10,926 bases of DNA, taken from Zygnema circumcarinatum SAG 698-1b. Taxonomy: Eukaryota; Plantae; Zygnematophyceae. Each line of letters starts with the position of its first letter. Within the stretch, counting starts at the first letter, position 1. This document shows, one piece after another, positions 1 through 9,428 of this stretch. The notes under the pieces are model-generated. The model saw only the letters and a program-made list of their open reading frames with translations, was not told the origin of the DNA and ran no database searches. The DNA lies in contig JBBHKD010000053.1 in NCBI GenBank assembly GCA_037447605.1, positions 1-10,926 on the forward strand, in the 5' to 3' direction. The position numbers were made by a program, and so were the translations under genes.

Positions 1-17
1 TCGGTTGCGTGTTGTCT
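1..17 (+). other. Probable untrimmed Oxford Nanopore ligation-adapter remnant (technical sequence)
   Basis: tcggttgcgtgttgtct aligns to TCAGTTACGTATTGCT, the 3' end of the ONT Y-adapter top strand AATGTACTTCGTTCAGTTACGTATTGCT. 13 of 16 bases are identical, with three A>G changes and one inserted T. It sits at base 1 and resembles neither repeat that follows. Confidence 0.7.
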
Positions 18-1420
18 AAAGGCCACAAAAGCCCTAAAGGCCACAAGGCCACAAAGAGCCACAAAGGCCACAAGGCCACAAGGCCACAAGGGCCTGAGGG
101 CCTAGGGCCACTCAGGCCTCAGGGCCACAAGGCCACAAGAGGCCACAAGGGCCATAAGAGGCCACAGGGGCTAAAGTGCAAGGAGCCTGAGGCCTGAGGC
201 CGCAGAGGCCTAAGGGCCGCAAAGTACAAAGGCCCGCAAAGGCCTAAGGCCTAAAAGGCCCTAGAGGCCTGAGAGGCCACAACTTGACCCTAAAGAGGCC
301 ACAACGGCCACAAGGCCACAAGGCCACAAAGGCCTCAAAGAGGCCTGAGGCCGCAAAGCCTGGGCCACAAAGAGGCCTGAGGCCACCAAGGCCACAAGGC
401 CCTGAGGCCTGAGGCCTGAGGCCACAAAGGCCCTGAGGCCCATGAGGCCCTGAGGGCCCTGAAGGGCCGCAAAAGGGCCTAGGGCCACAAAGGGCCACAA
501 GAGGGCCACCAAGGGCCGCAAGAGGCCTAAAAGGGCCACAAAAGGAGCCACAAGGGCCTGAGGCCACAAAGGAGCCACAAAGGGCCACAGAGGGCCTAAA
601 AGGGCCGCAGGCCACAAGGCCACCAAAGAGGCCACAAGGCCACAGGCCTGGGGCCACAAGGGCCTGGGCCACAAAGAGGCCTGAGGCCTGGGAGGCCACA
701 AGAGGGCCATAAGGGCCACCAGGAGGCCACAAGGCCACCAAGGGCCACAGGAGGCCTGGGGCCACAGGGCCTGAGGCCACCAAAGAGGCCACAAAGAGGC
801 GCGAGGCCTGGGAGCCTGAGGCCGCAAGGCCGCAAGGGCCTGGGGCCGCAAGGGCCGCAAGAGGCCACAAAGGCCTGGGGCCGCAAGGGCCTGAGGCCAC
901 CAAGGAGGCCGCAAGAGGCCACCAGAGGCCTGAGGCCTGAGGCCTGAAAGGCCCTGAGGAGGCCCTGAGGCCTGAGGCCCTAGAGGCCACAAAATGCAGG
1001 GCCGCAAGAGGCCATAGGGCCGCAAGGCCACAGGAGGCCTGAGGCCACAAGAGGCCTGAGGCCACAAAAAGAGGGCCTGGGGCCACTAAGAGGCCCACAA
1101 GAGGCCACAAGGGAGCCACAAAGGGCCATAAAGAGGCCACCAAAGACCCGCAAGAGGCCACGAGGCCGCAAGAGGCCACAAGGCCACAAGGGCCGCAAGG
1201 AGCCTGGGGCCGCAAGAGGCCACCAAGGCCTGAGGCCGCAAGGGCCGCAAAAGGGCCACAAAGGGCCTAAGGGCCACAAAGGCCTGAGAGGCCACAAGGG
1301 CCTGGGGCACAAAGAGGCCTGAGGGCCCGCAAGGGCCGCAAAGAGGCCACTGAGGCCACAAAGGGCCCGCAAGAGGCCTGGGAGCCCTGAGGCCGCAAGG
1401 AGCCCTGAGGCCCTGAGCCC
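18..1420. repeat. Terminal low-complexity tandem tract of variable 7-11 nt GGCC-core units (telomere-like or mis-basecalled telomere)
   Basis: GGCC/GCCC recurs about every 8-9 nt, followed by acaa, tga, gcaa, taa or ctga, e.g. ggcctaaggcctaaaaggccctagaggcctga at 241-272. T is nearly absent from the + strand except after CC. The minus strand reads as ttgtggcc/tcaggcc/ttgcggcc/ttaggcc units. The confidence given is for the repeat; telomere identity is much less certain (about 0.4). Confidence 0.95.
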
Positions 1421-1486
1421 ATATCTGGATAGGGAGACGCCCAGGTCAGGCTCAAGCTTTTTGTTGCATGCAGTTCACTTTATGGG

Positions 1487-2528
1487 GTGACGCTGAAATT
1501 TCGGTGCAAAAAAGTAAAAGACAAAAAAGTTATATATAACGGAGTGGACGTGTATAGGAACGCAACCTATTGCACGTGTCACAAAAACGCCCATATCTGA
1601 ATAGGGAGAACGCTTAATTGAATCAAACTTTGTGTGCATACGGCGGACACACTGTAGAGTGACGCTGAGAAATTTCGGTGCAAAAAAGTAAAAGACAAAA
1701 AAGTTATATATAACGGAGTGGACGTGTATAGGAACGCAACCTATTGCACGTGTCACAAAAACGTCCATATCTGAATAGGGAGAACGCTTAATTGACTCAA
1801 ACTTTTTGTGCGTACGGCGGACACACTGTAGAGTGACGCTGAGAAATTTCGGTGCAAAAAAAAAAAAGACAAAAAAGTTATATATAACGGAGTGGACGTG
1901 TATAGGAACGCAACCTATTGCACGTGTCACAAAAACGTCCATATCTGAATAGGGAGAACGCTTAATTGACTCAAACTTTTTGTGCATACGGCGGACTCAC
2001 TGTAGAGTGACGCTGAGAAATTTCGGTGCAAAAAAGTAAAAGACAAAAAAGTTATATATAACGGAGTGGACGTGTATAGGAACGCAACCTATTGCACGTG
2101 TCACAAAAACGTCCATATCTGAATAGGGAGAACGCTTAATTGACTCAAACTTTTTGTGCATACGGCGGACTCACTGTAGAGTGACGCTGAGAAATTTCGG
2201 TGCAAAAAAGTAAAAGACAAAAAAGTTATATATAACGGAGTGGACGTGTATAGGAACGCAACCTATTGCACGTGTCACAAAAACGCCCATATCTGAATAG
2301 GGAGAACGCTTAATTGACTCAAACTTTTTGTGCATACGGCGGACTCACTGTAGAGTGACGCTGAGAAATTTCGGTGCAAAAAAGTAAAAGACAAAAAAGT
2401 TATATATAACGGAGTGGACGTGTATAGGAACGCAACCTATTGCACGTGTCACAAAAACGTCCATATCTGAATAAGGAGAACGCCAAATTGACTCAAACTT
2501 TTTGTGCATACGGCGGATTCACTATAGG
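1487..2528. repeat. Six-monomer block, first copy of an internal higher-order duplication
   Basis: It carries an ordered series of rare variants: a C-type monomer (gcccatat/ttgaatc/tttgtgtgc/acacactg), a gcgtac monomer, a monomer with gcaaaaaaaaaaagac, then plain A, A with gccc, and B-type. The series recurs at 8560-9428. Confidence 0.8.
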
Positions 2529-5500
2529 GTGACGGTGAGAAATTTCGGTGCAAAAAAGTAAAAGACAAAAAAGTTATATATAACGGAGTGGACTTGTATA
2601 GGAACGCAACCTATTGCGCGTGTCACAAAAACGTCCATATCTGAATAGGGAGAACGCTTAATTGACTCAAACTTTTGTGCATACGGCGGACTCACTGTAG
2701 AGTGACGCTGAGAACTTTCGGTGCAAAAAAGTAAAAGACAAAAAGTTATATATAACGGGTGGGCCTGATGTATAGGAGCATAACCTGTGCCGCGATGTCC
2801 ACCAAAAGAGCACCCCGATCCATATCTGAATAGGAGAGCAATTGACTCCAAACTTTTGTATACAGCGGACTCACTGTAGAGTGACGCTGAAATTCGGTGC
2901 AAAAAAGTAAAAAGACAAAAAGTTATATATAGCGAATTGGGCGTGTATAAGACATAACCTATTGCACGTGTCTAAAACGTCACATATCTGAATAGGGGAG
3001 AGCGGCAGTGACAACTTTGTGCATACGGCGGACTCACTGTAGAGTGACGCTGAAATTTCAGTTGCAAAAAGTAAAGACAAAAAGTTATATATAACGAATT
3101 GAGACGTGTATAGGAGCATAACCTATTGCACGTGTCCTGGCATCCATATCTGAATAAGGAGAACGCCAAATTGACTCAAACTTTTTGTGCATACGGCGGA
3201 TTCACTATAGGGTGACGGTGAGAAATTTCGGTGCAAAAAATTAAAAGACAAAAAAGTTAAGTATAACGGAGTGGACGTGTATAGGAACGCAACCTATTGC
3301 ACGTGTCACAAAAACGTCCATATCTGAATAGGGAGAACGCTTAACTGACTCAAACTTTTTGTGCATACGGCGGACACACTGTAGAGTGATGCTAAGAAAT
3401 TTCGGTGCAAAAAAGTAAAAGACAAAAAAGTTATGTATAACGGAGTGGACGTGTATAGGAACGCAACCTATTGCACGTGTCACAAAAACGTCCATATCTG
3501 AATAGGGAGAACGCTTACCAGACTCAAACTTTTTGTGCATACGGCGGACACACTGTAGAGTGACTCTAAGAAATTTCGGTGCAAAAAAGTAAAAGACAAA
3601 AAAGTTAAGTATAACGGAGTGGACGTGTATAGGAACGCAACCTATTGCACGTGTCACAAAAACGTCCATATTTGAATAAGGAGAACGCGCCAAATTGACT
3701 CAAACTTTTTGTGCATACGGCGGACTCACTGTAGAGTGACGCTGAGAAATTTCAGTTGCAAGTAAAGACAAGTTATATATAACGAATTGGACGTGTATAG
3801 AGGCAACCTATTGCACGTGTCACAAAACCGCCCATATCTGAATACAGAGAACGCCAAATTGACTCAAACTTTTTGTGCATACGGCGGATTCACTATAGGG
3901 TGACGGTGAGAAATTTCGGTTTAAAAAAGTAAAAGACACAAAAGTTATATATAACAGGTGGACTTGTATAGAGAGCATAACCTATTGCGTGTCACAAAAA
4001 CGTCCATATCTGAATAGGGAGGGCAGCAATTGACTCAAACTTTTTGTGCATACGGCGGACTCACTGTAGAGTGACACTGAAATTTCAGTTGCAAAAAGTA
4101 AAAGACAAAAAAAGTTATATATAACGGAGTGGGCGTGTATAAGGGCGCAACCTATTGCACGTGTCACGAAGCGATCCATATCTGAATAGGAGAACGCTTG
4201 GTGGCTCAAACTTTTTGTGCATACGGCGGACTCACTGTAGAGTGTTTAACTAGAAATTTCGGTGCAAAAAGTAAAAAGACAAGAAAGTTATATATAACAG
4301 GTGGGCGTGTATAGGAGCATAACCTATTGCCGCGTGTCACAAAACGTCCATATCTGAATAGGAGAACATGGTGACAAACTTTTGTGCATACGGCGGACTC
4401 ACTGTAGAGTGACGCTGAGAAATTTCGGTGCAAAAAATTAAAAGACAAAAAAGTTATATATAACGGAGTGGACGTGTATAGGAACGCAACCTATTGCACG
4501 TGTCACAAAAGCGTCCATATCTGAATAGGGAGAACGCTTAATTGACTCAAACTTTTTGTGCATACGGCGGATTCACTATAGGGTGACGGTGAGAAATTTC
4601 GGTGCAAAAAAGTAAAAGACAAAAAAGTTATGTATAACGGAGTGGACGTGTATAGGAACGCAACCTATTGCACGTGTCACAAAAACGTCCATATCTGAAT
4701 AGGGAGAACTCTTAACAGACTCAAACTTTTTGTGCATACGGCGGACTCACTGTAGAGTGACGCTGAGAAATTTCGGTGCAAAAAAGTAAAAGACAAAAAA
4801 GTTATATATAACGGAGTGGACGTGTATAGGAACGCAACCTATTGCACGTGTCACAAAAACGTCCATATCTGAATAAGGAGAACGCCAAATTGACTCAAAC
4901 TTTTTGTGCATACGGCGGATTCACTATAGGGTGACGGTGAGAAATTTCGGTGCAAAAAAGTAAAAGACAAAAAAGTTATATATAACGGAGTGGACGTGTA
5001 TAGGAACGCAACCTATTGCACGTGTCACAAAAACGTCCATATCTGAATAGGGAGAACGCTTAATTGACTCAAACTTTTTGTGCATACGGCGGACTCACTG
5101 TAGAGTGACGCTGAGAAATTTCGGTGCAAAAAAGTAAAAGACAAAAAAGTTATATATAACGGAGTGGACGTGTATAGGAACGCAACCTATTGCACGTGTC
5201 ACAAAAACGTCCATATCTGAATAGGGAGAACGCTTAATTGACTCAAACTTTTTGTGCATACGGCGGACTCACTGTAGAGTGACGCTGAGAAATTTCGGTG
5301 CAAAAAGTAAAAGACAAAAAGTTATATATAACGGGTGGGCGTGTATAGGAGCGCCAGCCTATTGCACGTGTCACAAGCCCTGTCTATGAATAGGGAGGGC
5401 AGCAGTGACAAAACTTTTTGTGCATACGGCGGACTCACTGTAGAGTGACGCTGAGAAATTTCGGTGCAAAAAGTAAAGACAAAAGTTATATATAACGGAG

Positions 5501-8500
5501 TGGACGTGTATAGGAACGCAACCTATTGCACGTGTCACAAAAACGTCCATATCTGAATAAGGAGAACGCCAAATTGACTCAAACTTTTTGTGCATACGGC
5601 GGACTCACTGTAGAGTGACGCTGAGAAATTTCGGTGCAAAAAAGTAAAAGACAAAAAAGTTATATATAACGGAGTGGACGTGTATAGGAACGCAACCTAT
5701 TGCACGTGTCACAAAAACGTCCATATCTGAATAAGGAGAACGCCAAATTGACTCAAACTTTTTGTGCATACGGCGGATTCACTATAGGGTGACGGTGAGA
5801 AATTTCGGTGCAAAAAAGTAAAAGACAAAAAAGTTATATATAACGGAGTGGACTTGTATAGGAACGCAACCTATTGCACGTGTCACAAAAAGAGCATCTC
5901 CGAATAGGGAGAACGCTTAATTGGCTCAAACTTTTTGTGCATACGGCGGACTCACTGTAAGAGTGAGCGCTGAGGCTGGGTGCAAGTAAAAAGACAAAAA
6001 GTTATATATAACGGGTGGACGTGTATAAGGCATAACCTATTGCACGTGTCACAAAACGGTCCGTATCTGAATAGGGAGAACGCTAAATTGACTCAAACTT
6101 TTTGTGCACACGGCGGACACACTGTAGCGTGACGCTGAGAATTTCGGTGCAAAAAAGTAAAAGACAAAAAAGTTATATATAATAACGGAGTGGACGATGT
6201 ATAAAGACATAACCTATTGCACGATGTCACAAAAGCGTCATATCTGAATAGGAGAACGCTTAATTGACTCAAACTTTTGTGCATACGGCGGACGCACTGT
6301 AGAGTGACGCTGAGAAATTTCGGTGCAAAAAAGTAAAAGACAAAAAAGTTGTATATACCGGAGTGGACGTGTATAGGAGCGCAACCTATTGCACGTGTCA
6401 CAAAAACGTCCATATCTGAATAAGGAGAACGCCAAATTGACTCAAACTTTTTGTGCATACGGCGGATTCACTATAGGGTGACGGTGAGAAATTTCGGTGC
6501 AAAAAAGTAAAAGACAAAAAAGTTATATATAACGGAGTGGACGTGTATAGGAACGCAACCTATTGCACGTGTCACAAAAACGTCCATATCTGAATAGGGA
6601 GAACGCTTAATTGACTCAAACTTTTTGTGCATACGGCGGACTCACTGTAGAGTGACGCTGAGAAATTTCGGTGCAAAAAAGTAAAAGACAAAAAAGTTAT
6701 ATATAACGGAGTGGACGTGTATAGGAGCGCGGCCTATTGCACGTGTCACAAAAACGTCCATATCTGTGAATGAGGGAGGGCAGCAATTGGCTCCAAACTT
6801 TTTGTGCATACGGCGGACTCTGTAGAGTGACACTGAGAAATTTCAGTTAAAAAAGTAAAGACAAAAAAAGTTATATATAACGGAGTGGGCGTGTATGAGC
6901 ATAACCTATTACGCGTGTCACAAAACCTTATATCTGAATAGGAACGCTTAGTGACTCAAACTTTTTGTGCATACAGCGAGACTCGCACCAGCCAGTGGCA
7001 GCTGAAATTTCGGTGCAAAAAGTAAAAGACAAAAAAGTTATATATAACGGGTGGACGTGTATAGGAGCGCCAACCTATTGCACGTGCTAAAAAACGTCCA
7101 TATCTGAATAAGGAGGAACGCCAAATTGACTCAAACTTTTTGTGCATGGCGGATTTCACTGTAAATGACATGAGAAATTTCGGTGCAAAAAGAGTAAAAG
7201 ACAAAAAAGTTCATATATAACAGGTGGACGCGTGTATAGGAGCGCCAACCTATTGCACGTGTCACAAAACCGTCCATATCTGAATAAGGAGAACGCCAAA
7301 TTGACTCAAACTTTTTGTGCATACGGCGGATTCACTATAGGGTGACGGTGAGAAATTTCGGTGCAAAAAAGTAAAAGACAAAAAAGTTATATATAACGGA
7401 GTGGACGTGTATAGGAACGCAACCTATTGCACGTGTCACAAAAACGTCCATATCTGAATAGGGAGAACGCTTAATTGACTCAAACTTTTTGTGCATACGG
7501 CGGACTCATTGTAGAGTGACAGCTGAAATTTCAGTGCAAAAAAGTAAAAAGACAAAAAGTTATATATAACGGAGTGGACGTGTATAGGAGCGCCAACCTA
7601 TTGCACGTGTCACAAAAACGTCCATATCTGAATAGGAGGGCAGCAATTGACTCAAAGCTTTTTGTGCATACGGCGGACTCGCAACTGAAGTGACGCTGAG
7701 AAATTTCGGTGCAAAAAGTAAAAGACAAAAGTTATATATAACAGGTGGACGTGTATAGAGCGCATAACCTATTGCACGTGTCCGCAAAGCGATCCCGCTT
7801 AATCTGAATAGGAGGGCAGCAATTGACTCAAACTTTTTGTGCATGCAGCGGACTCACTGTAGAGTGACGCTGAGAAATTTCGGTGCAAAAAAGTAAAAGA
7901 CAAAAAATTTATATATAACGGAGTGGACGTGTATAGGAACGCAACCTATTGCACGTGTCACAAAAACGTCCATATCTGAATAAGGAGAACGCCAAATTGA
8001 CTCAAACTTTTTGTGCATACGGCGGATTCACTATAGGGTGACGGTGAGAAATTTCGGTGCAAAAAAGTAAAAGACAAAAAAGTTATATATAACGGAGTGG
8101 ACGTGTATAGGAACGCAACCTATTGCACGTGTCACAAAAACGTCCATATCTGAATAGGGAGAACGCTTAATTGACTCAAACTTTTTGTGCATACGGCGGA
8201 TTCACTATAGGGTGACGGTGAGAAATTTCGGTGCAAAAAAGTAAAAGACAAAAAAGTTATATATAACGGAGTGGACGTGTATAGGAACGCAACCTATTGC
8301 ACGTGTCACAAAAACGTCCATATCTGAATAAGGAGAACGCCAAATTGACTCAAACTTTTTGTGCATACGGCGGATTCACTATAGGGTGACGGTGAGAAAT
8401 TTCGGTGCAAAAAAGTAAAAGACAAAAAAGTTATATATAACGGAGTGGACGTGTATAGGAACGCAACCTATTGCACGTGTCACAAAAACGTCCATATCTG

Positions 8501-8559
8501 AATAGGGAGAACGCTTAATTGACTCAAACTTTATGTGCATACGGCGGACTCACTGTAGA

Positions 8560-9428
8560 GTGACGCTGAGAAATTTCGGTGCAAAAAAGTAAAAGACAAA
8601 AAAGTTATATATAACGGAGTGGACGTGTATAGGAACGCAACCTATTGCACGTGTCACAAAAACGCCCATATCTGAATAGGGAGAACGCTTAATTGAATCA
8701 AACTTTGTGTGCATACGGCGGACACACTGTAGAGTGACGCTGAGAAATTTCGGTGCAAAAAAGTAAAAGACAAAAAAGTTATATATAACGGAGTGGACGT
8801 GTATAGGAACGCAACCTATTGCACGTGTCACAAAAACGCCCATATCTGAATAGGGAGAACGCTTAATTGACTCAAACTTTGTGTGCGTACGGCGGACACA
8901 CTGTAGAGTGACGCTGAGAAATTTCGGTGCAAAAAAAAAAAAGACAAAAAAGTTATATATAACGGAGTGGACGTGTATAGGAACGCAAACTATAGCACGT
9001 GTCACAAAAACGTCCATATCTGAATAGGGAGAACGCTTAATTGACTCAAACTTTTTGTGCATACGGCGGACTCACTGTAGAGTGACGCTGAGAAATTTCG
9101 GTGCAAAAAAGTAAAAGACAAAAAAGTTATATATAACGGAGTGGACGTGTATAGGAACGCAACCTATTGCACGTGTCACAAAACGCCCATATCTGAATAG
9201 GGAGAACGCTTAATTGACTCAAACTTTTTGTGCATACGGCGGACTCACTGTAGAGTGACGCTGAGAAATTTCGGTGCAAAAAAGTAAAAGACAAAAAAGT
9301 TATATATAACGGAGTGGACGTGTATAGGAACGCAACCTATTGCACGTGTCACAAAAACGTCCATATCTGAATAAGGAGAACGCCAAATTGACTCAAACTT
9401 TTTGTGCATACGGCGGATTCACTATAGG
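8560..9428. repeat. Five-monomer block, second copy of the higher-order duplication (one monomer shorter)
   Basis: It has the same ordered rare variants as 1487-2528 but lacks one plain A monomer. The ORF track independently gives near-identical 170-aa translations at 1475-1987 and 8550-9062. Confidence 0.8.

Noticed and set aside
9-1455. Long ORFs (up to 323 aa) rich in G/P/L/A/W/C over the GGCC tract
   Set aside because: They are overlapping frames of a low-complexity repeat whose composition rarely creates stop codons. There is no domain motif or true collagen Gly-X-Y register.
2195-2211. CENP-B box starting at tttcg
   Set aside because: The TTCG is present, but the required downstream CGGG of NTTCGNNNNANNCGGGN is absent.
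2225-2274. TATA-like (tatatataa) and G-box (cacgtg) motifs as a promoter
   Set aside because: They are short motifs repeated in every monomer with no downstream gene, so promoter function cannot be supported from sequence.
2244-2358. Origin of the monomer from a MITE or Helitron end, suggested by hairpins
   Set aside because: There are no terminal inverted repeats with target-site duplications, no CTRR terminus after a GC-rich hairpin and no flanking element in the window.
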